Source: Mobula hypostoma
Taxonomy: Eukaryota
Length of the DNA stretch: 64,000 nt
Assembly: GCF_963921235.1 (NCBI RefSeq)
Contig: NC_086108.1
Location: 83,082,001-83,146,000 of the forward strand
Direction of reading: 5' to 3'
Shown: positions 23,642 through 36,245 of the stretch, piece by piece
Numbering within the stretch: position 1 is the stretch's first letter
Layout of the letters: every line of letters starts with the position of its first letter
Notes under the pieces: generated by a model
Told to the model about the DNA's origin: nothing
The model's database searches: none
What the model saw: only the letters and a program-made list of their open reading frames with translations
Program-made: the position numbers and the translations under genes

Positions 23642-26600
23642 TGTGTGCAGTTTTGGGCTCATTATTTTAGAAAGGATATACTGACATTGGAGAGGGTTCA
23701 GAGATGATTCACGAGAATGATTCAAGGAATGAAAGGGTTACTATGTGAGGAACATCTGGCAGCTCTTGGGCTGTATTCCCTGGAGTTCAGGAGAATGAGT
23801 GGGGTTCTCATAGAAACATTCCGAATGTTAAAAGGCATGAAAAGATTAGATATAGCAAAGTTATTTCCCATATAACTATATAACCATATAACAATTACAG
23901 CACAGAAACAGGGCATCTCGGCCCTTCTAGTCCGTGCCGAACTCTTACTCTCACCTAGTCCCATCGACCTGCACTCACCCTGTAACCCTCCATTCCTTTC
24001 CTGTCCATATAGCTATCCAATTTAACTTTAAATGACAACATAGAATCTGCCTCAACCACTTCTGCTGGAAGCTCGTTCCACACAGCTACCACCCTCTGAG
24101 TAAAGAAGTTCCCTCTCATGTTAACCCTGAACTTTCTCCCTTTAACTCTCAACTGATGTCCTCTTGTTTGAATCTCACCCACTCTCAATGGAAAAAGCCT
24201 ATCCACGTCAACTCTATCTATCCCCCTCATAATTTTAAGTACCTCTATCAAGTCCCCACTCAACCTTCTATGCTCCAAAGAATAAAGACCTAACTTGTTC
24301 AACCTTTCTCCGTAACTTAGGAGACGAAACCTGGGCAACATTTTAGTAAATCTCCTCTGTAATCTCTCAATTTTATTGACATCTTTCCTATAATTTAGTA
24401 ACCAGAACTGTACACAATACTCCAAATTTGGCCTCACCAATGCATTATACAATTTCAACATTACATCCCAACTCCTATACTCAATGCTCTGATTTATAAA
24501 GGCCAGCATACTAAAAGCTTTCTTCCTATCCACATGAGATTCCACCTTCAGGAAACTATGCACCATTATTTCTAGATCCCTCTGTTCTACTGCATTCTTC
24601 AATGCCCTACCATTTACCATGTATGTCCTATTTTGATTAGTCATACCAAAATGTAGCACCTCACATTTTTCAGCATTAAACTCCATCTGCCATCTTTCAG
24701 TCCACTCTTCTAACTGACCTAAATCTCTCTGCAAGCTTTGAAAACCCACTTCATTATCCACAAAGCCACCTATCTTAGTATCATCTGCATACTTACTAAT
24801 CCAATTTACCACCCCGTCATCTAGATCATTAATATATATGACAAACAACATTGGACCCAGTACAGATCCCTGAGGCACACCACTAGTCACCGGCCTCCAA
24901 CCTGACAAACAGTTATCCACCACAACTCTCTGGCGTGTCCCATCCAGCCACTGCTGAATCCATTTTACTACTTAGATATTAATGCCTAACAATTGAACCT
25001 TCCTAATTAACCTTCCGTGTGGAACCTTGTCAAAGGCCTTACTGAAGTCCATATAGACAACATCCACCGCTTTACCCTCGTCAACTTTCCTAGTAACCTC
25101 TTCAAAAAATTCAATAAGATTTGTCAAACATGACCTCCCACGCACAAATCCATGTTGACTGTTCCTAATCAGACCCTATCTATCCAGATAATTATATATA
25201 CCATCTCTAAGAATACTTTCCATCAATTTACCCACTACTGACGTCAAACTCACAGGCTGATAATTGCTAGGTTTACTCTTAGAACCCTTTTTAAACAATG
25301 GAACAACATGAACAATATGCCAATCCTCCAGCACCATCCCCGTTTCTAATGACATTTGAAATATTTCTGTCAGAGCCCCTGCTATTTCCACACTAACTTC
25401 CTCAAAGTCCTAGGGAATATCTTGTCCAGACCTAGAGACTTATCCACTTTTATATTCCCTAAAAGTGCCAGTACTTCCTCTTCTTTAATCATCATACTTT
25501 CCATAACTACCCTTCTTGTTTCCTTTACCTTACACAATTCAATATCCTTCTCCTTAGTGCATACTGAAGAAAAGAAATTGGTCAAAATCTCCCCCATCTC
25601 TTTTGGCTCCGCACACATCCATCCACTCTGTTTCTCTAAGGGACTAATTTTATCCCTCACTATCTTTTTGTTATTAATATAACTGTAGAAACACTTTGGA
25701 TTTATTTTCACCTTACTTGCTAAAGCAGCCTTGTATCTTCTTTTAGCTTTTCTAATTTCTTTCTTAAGATTCTTTTTACATTCTTTGTATTCCTCGAGCA
25801 CCTCATTTACTCCAAGCTGCCTATATTTATTGTAGATCCCTCTCTTTTTCTGAACCAAGTTTCCAATATCCCTTGAAAACCATGGCTCTCTTAAACTTTT
25901 AACCTTTCCTTTCAATCTAACAGAAACATAAAGATCCTGTACCCTCAAAATTTCACCTTCAAATGTCCTCCATTTCTCTATTACATCCTTCCCATAAAAC
26001 AAATTGTCCCAATCCACTGCTTCTAAATCCTTTCGCATCTCCTCAAAGTTAGTCTTTCTCCAACCAAAAATCTCAACCCTGGGTCCAGTCCTATCCTCCT
26101 CCATAATTATATTGAAACTATTGTGATCACTGGACCCGAAGTGCTCTCCAACACATATCTCCGTCACCTGCCCTATCTCATTCCCTAACAGGAGATCCAA
26201 CACTGCCCCTTTTCTAGTTGGTACCGCTATGTATTGCTGCAAAAAACTATCTTGCACACATTAGACAGACTCCAAACCATCCAGCCCTTTTACAGAATGG
26301 GCTTCCCAGTCAATGTGTGGAAAATTAAAATCTCCGACAATCACAAATTTGTGCTTACTACAAAGCATAGTAAGGGATTCTAGGACAAGAGGGTATGATT
26401 TCAGGATTGAAGGACATCGTTTTAGAACTGAGATGTGGAGAAATTACTTTAGTCAGAGGGTGGTAAATCTGTGGAATTGGTTGCCACGAGCAGCTGTGGA
26501 GGCCAAGTCATTGCATGTCTTTAAAGCAGAGATAGATAGGTTCTTGATTAGCCAGGGCATCAAAGGGCATAGGGTGAAAGCAGGGGAGTGGGGATGACTG

Positions 26601-26688
26601 AAAGAATTAGATCAGCCCATGATTGAATGGTGGGGCAGACTCAATGGGACAAATGGCCTACTTCTGCTCCTATATCTTATAGTGTTAT
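23642..26688 (+). mobile_element. CR1 3' fragment (23642-23872 plus 26366-26688) inside the Tc1 element
   Basis: The halves join as ...TTATTTCCCATA|GTAAGGGATTCTAGGACAAG...; peptide NYFSQRVVNLWNWLP. Confidence 0.75.
23873..26365 (-). mobile_element. Relatively young 5'-truncated CR1 LINE (partial EN and RT)
   Basis: 322-aa ORF with GVPQGSVLGP, YADD, RPNLEYCVQFW; 291-aa upstream ORF; (ATGGTTAT)n tail; CATA at both ends. Confidence 0.92.
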
Positions 26689-27589
26689 GGTTATTTGAGT
26701 TACTGTCACCTTCCTTTCGGCTTGAACCAATTCAGCCATTCTCCTCTGACTTCTCTCATTAACAAGGCGTTTTAGCCTACAGAACTGCCGCTTACTTGAT
26801 GGTTTTTGTTTCTTGCACCATTCTCTGAAAACTCTAGAGACTGTTGTGTGTGAAAATCCCTGGAGATCAGCAGTTTCTGAGATACTCAAACTACCCTGTC
26901 TGGCCATGGTCCTCGGCCAAAGTCACTTAGATCAAGTTTCATCACCATTCTGATGAACAACAGTTGGACCGCTTGACCATGTCGGCATGATTTTATGCAT
27001 TAATTGCTGCCACATGTTTGATTGATTAGATATTTGCATTAATGTAGGGGTGTACTGAATGAAGTGAACACTGAGTGTGTGTGGACGTGGTATGCTGAAG
27101 GGCCTGTTTATGGTGCCTCTGTGACTTTATGATTGTACTTGGCACTCAGATTCGAAACAGTCATAGAATCAAACTCTTCAGCACAAAATTAAGACTGGCA
27201 AGAAAAGGGGCTGCATTGGCTAAGATGTCTTTTAATAAATGAAATGTTAAACAGAGATCTGATGGCAGTACTTGAAGAAACCAGAAACATTCCTCTTGCT
27301 GTCCTGACCAATATTTCTCTCTCAACAAATATCCATAAAACAGAACCTCTTGACTGTTTGTAGAAACTTGTTTTGCAAACATTGTCTGCCACATTTCCTA
27401 TATTTCAACAGTGGGTTGGCTAATTAACAGAAAATAAAGAGCTATGTATAAATATATATTAAAGACACGGATGAAGGGGCTGAGTATACTGTAGCCATGA
27501 TTTATTAATGCTACAAGAATATCTAGGTTAGCAAGTTGAGAAGATGAAAAAGGCTGCAAAATGTATTGTAAATGGCTTATATGATTGAG

Positions 27590-29795
27590 CAAGACAATAG
27601 TGGATGCAGTATTATGTACAAAAATGTGATGTTATCATTTTTAAATGGAAGGAAACAATAAAATGTTGTGGGGCAAAGGGATCTGAGGTCCTTGTGCATG
27701 AGGTATAAAGGCTGGCATGTAGGTTGGCCTTTATTGAAAACTAATAAGGTACAAAGATTGTATCACAGGACACTAGTGCATCGTGCCTAAAAAACTACAT
27801 TATGTTTTGTCCTCTGATTTTAATGAATGATATACTTGCATTGGAGGATATACAGAGAAAGTTCACTAGATTGATTACTGGCATAAAGGGAGATTGAGCT
27901 TATTCCCTTTGGAGCACAGAAGAGTGAGAAATAATCTTATTGAAACATACAAGATTCTGAGGGGGTTGACAAAGTGGATGGTGAGATGATGCTTCTCCAA
28001 GCTGGGCTATGTAGAACTCACAAACAGATTCATAATAATATAATATACCGGAATAATAGTAATATAATATATAATATCAAGGACCTTGATACAATAACTA
28101 CAACTAAACAGGTAGAGCTGAGAAAACTTATGGGCCTGGAGATAGGCAAGTCCCCTGGTCCTGATGGAATGCATCCCAGGGCACTGAAAGAAATGGCAGA
28201 AGTTATAATAAAAGCTTTAGTGATAATTTACATAAAATTCTCTGGACTCTGGGCAGGTCCTGGCAGATTGGAAGATGGCGAATGTCACGCCACTGTTCAA
28301 AAAAGGATGTAGGCAAAAAGCAGGTAACTATAGGCCAGTTAGTTTAACATCTGTAGTTGGGGAAATGCTTGAAGCTATCATTAAGGAAGAAATAACGAGG
28401 TACCTGGAAATAAATAGAACCATCACGCAGACACAGCATGGATTCAGCAAAGGTAGGTCCTGTTTGACAAACTTACTTGAGTCCTTTAATCATTTACTTA
28501 GATTTTCAGAAAGGATTTGATAAGGTGCCACATAAAAGACTTAACCACAAGATAAGGATGCATAGATTTGAGGGTGATGTATTAGCATGGATAAAGGATG
28601 GTTGACTAATAGAAAGCAGAGAGTTGGGATACATGGGTGTTACTCTGGTTGGCAATCAGTGGTGAGCGTTGTGCCACAGGGTTGGTGCTGTGCCCACAAC
28701 TGTTCATGATATACATTAACAGTCTGGAAGAGGGGACCGAGTGTAGTGTATCCAAGTTTGCTGATGATACTAAACTGAGTGGAAAAGCAAATTGTGCAGA
28801 AGATATGGAGAGTCTGTAGAGAGATAAAGATAGGTTAAGTGAGTGGGCAAGGGTCTGGCAGGTGGAAAACAATGTGGATGACCTCACATTTACCAACTTT
28901 GGAAGGAAAAATGGAAGAGCAATTTTAAGTGGTAAAAAAATTGCAGCATGCTGCTGTGTAGAGGGACTTGGGAGTGCTTGTCCATGAATCACAAAGCGTT
29001 GGTTTGCAGGTGCAGCAGGCTATGAAGGAAAATGGGATATTGGCCTTCATTGCAAGAGGGATTGAATTTAAGAGCAGGGAGATTATGCTGCAACTGTACA
29101 AGGTACTGGTGAGGCTGCACCTGGAGTACTGCATGCATTTCTGATCTCTTTATTTGAAGAAGGATATACTGGCTTTGGAGGCAGTGCAGAGGAGTTTCAC
29201 CAGGTTGGTTCCAGAGAATAGGGGGTTACACTATGAAGAGAGATTGAGACGCAATTCAGAAGAATGACAGGAGATCTTATAAAAACATATAAAATTATGA
29301 AAGGGATATATAAGATAGAGGCAGGAAAGTTTTTTCCACTAATAGGTGAGACTAGAACAAGATGCGGTGAAGTAGATTTAAGATGGAGATGAGGAGGAAC
29401 TGCTTTTCCCGGAGGGTGGTGAGTCTGTGGAATCCTCTGCCCAATGAAGCAGTGGAAGCTAACTCAGTAAATATATTTAAAACAAGGCTGGTTGGATTTT
29501 TGCCTAGCAGGGGAATTAAGGATTATGGGGAAAAGGCAGGTCGGTGGAGGTGAGTCCATGGTCAGATCAGCCATGATCTTATTGAATGATGGAGCAGGCT
29601 CAATGGGCCGGATGGTCTACTCCTGATCGTATTACTTATGTTCTTATGTTCTTATGTAATATGGGGATGAGATAGATTTTCTCTTCTCAGAGGGTTGAAA
29701 ATCTTTGGAATTCTCAACCCCAGAGAGCAGCAGAGGCAAAGTAACTGAATATGCTCAAGGCAGAGAATGACAGTCATTTGAATTGAAAAGCAATC
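27590..29795 (+). mobile_element. Old CR1 3' remnant interrupted by a younger CR1 (~28078-29656); continues briefly after the L1 (~36123-36140)
   Basis: KSPGPDGMHPRALKE, NYRPVSLTSVVG, KFADDTKL; (ttcttatg)n tail ~29633-29656. Confidence 0.8.
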
Positions 29796-29940
29796 GGGGG
29801 GACGTCATGTGATGACGTGGGATTGAGATGTGTAAATCCAGCTCTCCCGTAAAAAATCAGCAAAGTACCGTTTAAACAAAGCCAAGTTAATAAATACTTT
29901 CCGAAAACTACTTATAAACTTCTCAAGACTATTTTACGAT

Positions 29941-30873
29941 ATGCCTCGTAAACTGCAAAAGAAGAAGCCTGTTGTTATGAAGTCGCCACAAGATGGGAAG
30001 AAAAAAGGGCCTACTGCAGCGATGGAACCTTGGACTCAGGTTGGATCTCCTTCAGAGAAGATACATTTTATCTCTGGCGTAGAAGAACAGGGAGCAATGG
30101 CGGCGGGAGCGGTCCCTGGGAAGAAGATGCCGGAATTGCGCATGCGCAAAGAAGTAGGCATGCACAAATCGATACAACTCAAACTACAAGAACCGACGGC
30201 CACTGCAAGTGAAAGTGACTCAGAGTCAGAATTGGATTCTGCAGAGAACACAGATGAAGAAGAGGAGAAAGAACTGGAAGAGACTGAAAGTAAAGGATGC
30301 GAAGGAGACATAAGAGAGGCTTTATTGCAAGTAATGATTGAATTAAAAGGATTAAAAATAGAGCTTAGATACATGAAAATGAGGTATGATAAAGCTATGA
30401 AAAGACAGGAGAAAACCGATAAGAAACTTCAAAAGTTGGAAAGAACAATGGAACATATTAATGACAGAGTGCAAAAAACAGAAAATGATATGCCTGTCTG
30501 TAAAACAGAAAGAAATCGACTCTTGGGAAAAGTGGACGTGTTGGAAAAATTTAGTAGACGAAATAATATCGGGATTGTTGGTCTTAAAGAAGGTATAGAG
30601 GGAGACAATCCAATAAATTTTTTTCAAAGATGGATCCCGGAAACTTTGCAAATGAAAGAGGGCGACCGATCAATTGAAATTGAGAGGGCACATAGAGCTG
30701 TAAGACCAAAACCACAAGATGACCAATATCCACGATCAATTTTAATAAAATGTTTAAGATTTCAAGACAAAGAAAGGATTCTACAGGCATCTACTCAAGC
30801 TGCCAAGAATAGAAAAGGGCCATTGATGATAGAAGGGAACAAAATTTTTTTCTACCATGACATAAGTTATGAA
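29941..30873 (+). CDS. L1 ORF1p (coiled coil and RRM), C-terminally truncated by a CR1 insertion; frame continues into CR1 sequence to 31257
   Basis: LEKFSRRNNIGIVGLKEG, IERAHR, PRSILIKCLRFQDKERIL, IFFYHDIS. Confidence 0.85.
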
Positions 30874-32010
30874 CTTAAAGCACACGGTATTGGGGGTAAG
30901 GTATTGATGTGGATGGAGAATTGGTTAGCAGACAGGAAGCAAAGAGTGGGAATAAACGGGACCTTTTCAGAATGGCAGGCGGTGACTAGTGGGTACCGCA
31001 AGGCTCAGTGCTGGGACCCCAGTTGTTTACAATATATATTAATGACTTGGATGAGGGAATTAAATGCAGCATCTCCAAGTTTGCGGATGACACGAAGCTG
31101 GGTGGCAGTGTTAGCTGTGAGGAGGATGCTAAGAGGATGCAGAGTGACTTGGATAGGTTGGGTGAGTGGGCAAATTCATGGCAGATGCAATTTAATGTGG
31201 ATAAATGTGAAGTTATCCACTTTGGTGGCAAAAATAGTAAAACAGATTATTATCTGAATGGTGGCCGATTAGGAAAAGGGGAGGTGCAACGAGACCTGGG
31301 TGTCATTATACACCAGTCATTGAAAGTGGGCATGCAGGTACAGCAGGCGGTGAAAAAGGCGAATGGTATGCTGGCATTTATAGCGAGAGGATTCGAGTAT
31401 AGGAGCAGGGAGGTACTACTGCAGTTGTACAAGGCCTTGGTGAGACCACACCTGGAGTATTGTGTGCAGTTTTGGTCCCCTAATCTGAGGAAAGACATCC
31501 TTGCCATAGAGGGAGTACAAAGAAGGTTCACCAGATTGATTCCTGGGATGGCAGGACTTTCATATGAAGAAAGACTGGATGAACTGGGCTTGTACTCGTT
31601 GGAATTTAGAAGATTGAGGGGGGATCTGATTGAAACGTATAAAATCCTAAAGGGATTGGACAGGCTAGATGCAGGAATATTGATCCCGATGTTGGGGAAG
31701 TCCAGAACAAGGGGTCACAGTTTGAGGATAAAGGGGAAGCCTTTTAGGACCGAGATTAGGAAAAACGTCTTCACACAGAGAGTGGTGAATCTGTGGAATT
31801 CTCTGCCACAAGAAACAGTTGAGGCCAGTTCATTGGCTATATTTAAGAGGGAGTTAGATATGGCCCTTGTGGCTACGGGGATCAGGGGGTATGGAGGGAA
31901 GGCTGGGGCGGGGTTCTGAGTTGGATGATCAGCCATGATCATAATAAATGGCAGTGCAGGCTCGAAGGGCCGAATGGCCTACTCCTGCACCTATTTTCTA
32001 TGTTTCTATG
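30871..32010 (+). mobile_element. Young 5'-truncated CR1 inserted into the L1
   Basis: 303-aa ORF with FADD and VRPHLEYCVQFW; (TTTCTATG)n tail; near-identical to 59482-59927. Confidence 0.92.
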
Positions 32011-34836
32011 AAACCCATTTAACAGAAACAGAACATCAGAAACTAAAGAGAGATTGGGTGGGTAGTGTTGTTGCAGCTTCATTTAATTCAAAAGCGAGGA
32101 GAGTAGCAATTTTGATTAATAAAACGTTACCAATTAGAATACAAATGTAATAACTGATTCTGCAGGGAGATATGTGATTATACGCTGTCAACTTTTTTCT
32201 GAATTATGGATTCTCATGAATATTTATGCACCAAATGAAAATGATGCAAAATTCATACAAGAAGCTTTTTTGAATTTGGCTGATGTACATGAAAAAATAT
32301 TAATAGGATGAGATTTTAATTTTTGCCTAGACCCATTCTTAGATAGATCAACTAAGGCTGTCACAAAATCGAAGGTAGTAAAACTAACTTTATCATTGAT
32401 GAAAGATTTAAATTTGATTGATATATGGAGAGAATTAATCCCAAAGAAAGAGACAATCCGTTCTATTCTAATAGACACAAAACTTACTCAAGGATAGATT
32501 TTTTCCTATTATCAATGAATATTCAACACAGAATGAAAAATATGGAATATAAGGCAAGAATATTGTCAGATCATTCTCCTTTATTAATGACAATAATAAT
32601 GATTGATAAGGAAGAAGTGACTTATTCAATATTATTAAAACGTCAAGATTTTTGTGATTTTATGAAAAAACAGATCCAATTTTTTTTGGATACAAACTCT
32701 CATTCAGTGGATGATAAATTTATACTATGGGATGTGATGAAAGCATATTTGAGGGGTCAGATAATAAGTTATATGACTAAAATTAAGAAAGAATAAATGG
32801 CAGAACTAGATCAATTGGAAAAAGAAATTACAAAATTAGAAAAAGAATCTCAAAGACATATGACAGAAGAAAAACAAAGGCAACTTGTCAATAAGAAGTT
32901 ACAATATAATACGCTTCAGACGTATAGAATGGAAAAAGCAATCATGAGAACTAAGCAAAGGTATTATGAGTTAGGTGAGGAAGCACACAAAATTCTTGCC
33001 TGGCAGTTGTAAACAGAACAAGCTTCCAAAACGATAAATGCAATTAGAACAAGTGCAAATAAAATTACTTATAAACCTTTAGAAATTAATGAAACCTTCA
33101 AAAGTTTCTATTCTAAATTTTATAAATCAGAATCACAAAATGATGTTAATGAGATAGAAAGGTTTTTATCACAAGTAACTCTTCCAAAATTGAATTTGGA
33201 AGAACAAAAGGGATTAGATATGCCTTTTGCATTAAAAAAGGTTGAAGAAGCTTTAGGATCACTCCAAAGTAATAAATCTCCAGGATAGGATGGTTTTCCA
33301 CCTGAATTTTATAAAAAGTTAAAAATTTATTATTTCCTCCTTTTATGGAGTTAATACGCCAAGCGGAAAAAGTACATAAACTCCCAGAATCTTTTTCAAC
33401 AGCGATTGTAATAGTATTGCCAAAGAAAGATAGGGATCCTTTAAAACCAGCATCATATAGGCCTATTTCTTTGTTGAACACGGATTGTAAAATAATAGCA
33501 AAAATTTTATCGAATAGATTATCTAAATATTTACCATAATTAATACATATGGATCAAATAGGATTTATTAAAAATAGACAATTGGCAGATAATGTAACTC
33601 GGCTACTCAGTATAATTCATTTGGCACAAAAAAGGGAGGAGATGAGTATAGTAATAGCCTTGGATGCAGAAAAAGCATTTGATAGATTGGAATGGGATTT
33701 TTTATTTAAAGTATTCGAAAAATATGGGTTAGGAATACCTTTCATAAACTGGATTAAAACTTTAAATACTAACCCTAGTGCTAAAGTAGTGACAAATGGT
33801 CAAATTTCAACACCATTCCAGTTAAAAAGGTCAACTAGACAAGGTTGTCCATTATCACCTGCTTTATTTGTACTGGCGATAGAGCCATTAGCAGAACTAA
33901 TTAGAATTGATCCAGATTTTAGAGTTAATCAGGAGGAATATAAAATTAACCTATCTGCTGATGATGTTTTGATTTACTTAACAAACCCACAGCATTCGTT
34001 ACATAAATTATCTTCTAGACTGGATGAATATGGGAAAGTATCAGGGTGTAAAATAAATTGGGATAAAAGTGAAATTTTACCTCTTACTAAAGGAGACTAT
34101 AGCCAATGTCGATTAGCAACCCAATTTAGATGGCCGGTAAATGGTATAAAGTATTTAGGTATAAGACTTGATAATGATGTAAAGAATTTATATAAATTTA
34201 ATTATTTACCACTATTGAAAAAAATTCAAGAAGATCTTGACAAATGGATGATACTACCAATAACATTAGTGGGTAGAGTCAATGTTGTAAAAATGAATAT
34301 ATTTCCTAGATTACAGTTTTTGTTTCAAACATTACCAATACAATTGCCACAGAAATTTTTTCAAGAGTTAAATAAATGTGTGGGAACATTTCTTTGGAAA
34401 GGTAAGATGTCAAGAATATCATTAGAAAAATTGACATGGAAATTTGAGTTAGGAGGGTTACAGCTTCCAAACTTTAAGAATTATTATAAAGCAAATCAAC
34501 TTAGATTTATTGCATCTTTCTTCGATGATCGAAAACCAGCATGGATTAAAATAGAATTAGATAAGATAGGAGAAAATACACCCAAAGATTTTATATATAA
34601 ATGGGAACCTAAATGGATATGGGAAAAGAAAGAATCTCCTATATTAAAACATTTGATTGATCTATGGAATAAGATAAACGTTGATAATGAAATAAATCTT
34701 TATTAGCAAGGAGACCTTTGTTCCAAAACAGACTTATTCCTTTTACAATAGATAATCAACTTTTATATAATTGGTACCAAAAAGGGATTAGAACTATAGG
34801 ACGCAGCAGGCCAGGCAGCATCTCTAGGAAGAGGTA

Positions 34837-34874
34837 CAGTCGACATTTCAGGCCGAGACCCTTCGTCAGGACTA
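34837..34874 (-). ncRNA. Minimal HHR (GAAAUGUC variant)
   Basis: Minus strand reads tagtcCTGACGAagggtctcggcctGAAAtgtcgactg. Confidence 0.75.
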
Positions 34875-34881
34875 ACCTGAC

Positions 34882-34919
34882 TAGTCCTGACGAAGGGTCT
34901 CGGCCTGAAACATCGACTG
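34882..34919 (+). ncRNA. Minimal HHR (GAAACAUC variant)
   Basis: tagtcCTGACGAagggtctcggcctGAAAcatcgactg. Confidence 0.75.
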
Positions 34920-36139
34920 TACCTCTTCCTAGAGATGCTGCCTGGCCTGCTGCGTTCACCAGCAACTTTGATGTGTGTTGCTTGAATTCCCAGCATCTTC
35001 AGAATTCCTGTTGTTTTAGATCTATAGGAGACTGTTATGAACGAGGTGTATTGATGTCATTTGAACAACTAAAGAATAAATATAAAATATCAAATAACAC
35101 TTTCTTTTGTTACCTTCAATTAAGGGCTTACTTAAAAGGCAAACTGGGTCAAACAATGTTTTTGCCAAAACCCAATGAAATTGAAATTTTAATTCAAAAA
35201 GGAAAAATTTAAAAATTTATTTCTTGTATGTATAATTTGATTCAAAAACAGGCAATTAAACAAGGAATCCACAAGTCAAAACAAAAATGGGAAATGGATC
35301 TGAATATTAATATTGATGAAACAAATTGGTCAAGACTGTGTCTTGACAGTATGACAAATACAATAAACGTTCGACTTAGTACAATATAATTTTTTTACAC
35401 CAATTATATATTACATCGCAAAAAATAAATAGATTAAATTCAAACTTATCTGATCAATGTTTTTGGTGTAATCAAGAAATTGGTACTTTCTTACATTCTA
35501 CTTGGTCTTGTTCTAAAATTCAACCTTTTTGGATAAATTGAAGTCTTATTGGAACAAATTACTGGAACTCAACTTCCACATAACCCTGTATTATTTCTAT
35601 TAGGTGATATTGAAGGGATAAAACTGAAACTAAAACTGAATAAATATCATAAAGGATTCATAAAAATTGCATTGGCAGTAGCCAAGAAGGCTATAGCAGT
35701 TACTTGGAAATTGGATTCATATTTAAGTATGAATCGTTGGAACAATGAAATGTTTAGTTGTATTCCACTCAAAAAAATTACTTATAATTTAAGAGCTAAA
35801 TATGATACATTTTTGAATATTTGGCACCCTTATTTACAAAAGATAGGATGGCATATTTAGTTGCTCCAATGATAAAGATATTGGTCCCTTGGGGAAAGTA
35901 ATAAATAAATATACTAAATTTATTTTGAATCCCATGGAGCATGTGGAAACCTTCCAATATCCAGGCAGTTCTTCTTTCTTTTTCTTTTTTTCCCTTTTTT
36001 TCAGCTAGGGGTATATATCGGGGGGGGAAGGGTTAAGGGGAGGGGGGAGTGTAGACATTATCTTTCTATGTAATCTCTTCAAAAACTCAATAAAAATTAT
36101 ATTAAAAAAAAGAAAAGCAATCAGGGAGATTGGGCATTG

Positions 36140-36245
36140 AAAGTGCAACACACACAAAATGCTGGAGGAACTCAATAGATCAGGGAGTATCCATGGAGGG
36201 AAATAAACAGTCGGCATTTCAGGTTGAGACCCTTCATCAGGATGA
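36140..36245 (-). mobile_element. PLE tail fragment with HHR-like motif (36208-36243)
   Basis: Minus strand reads cctgatgaagggtctcaacctgaaatgccgactg. Confidence 0.7.

Larger units (their letters stand above)
23509..27077 (-). mobile_element. Internally deleted Tc1-like DNA transposon (23509-~23641 plus ~26689-27077), split by nested CR1s
   Basis: TIRs TA|CACTCAGAAACCACTTTATTAGGTACA and TGTACTGAATGAAGTGAACACTGAGTG; HTH peptide SISETADLQGFSHTTVSRVFREW at 26677-26907. Confidence 0.75.
34802..35015. mobile_element. Palindromic PLE mini-element with two back-to-back HHRs
   Basis: 74-bp arms 34801-34874 / 34882-34955, 7-nt spacer; TSD TTAGA(A/T)CTATAGGA (34788-34801 / 35016-35029). Confidence 0.88.
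32010..35860 (+). pseudogene. L1 ORF2 (APE endonuclease, RT, C-terminal Cys domain) with stops and frameshifts
   Basis: ETHL, NIYAPN, SRIDFF, SDHSP, YRPISLLN, DAEKAFD, TRQGCPLSP, SADD (altered catalytic motif), GGLQLPN. Confidence 0.9.
29796..36111 (+). mobile_element. L1-clade LINE with both ends intact, inactivated
   Basis: 11-bp TSD GAAAAGCAATC (29785-29795 / 36112-36122); G-run start; ORF1; ORF2 relic; AATAAA 36089-36094; A-rich tail. Confidence 0.92.

Noticed and set aside
30868..32012. TATGAA as a true TSD of the CR1 in L1
   Set aside because: The flanks are non-adjacent L1 positions, so this is microhomology with deletion
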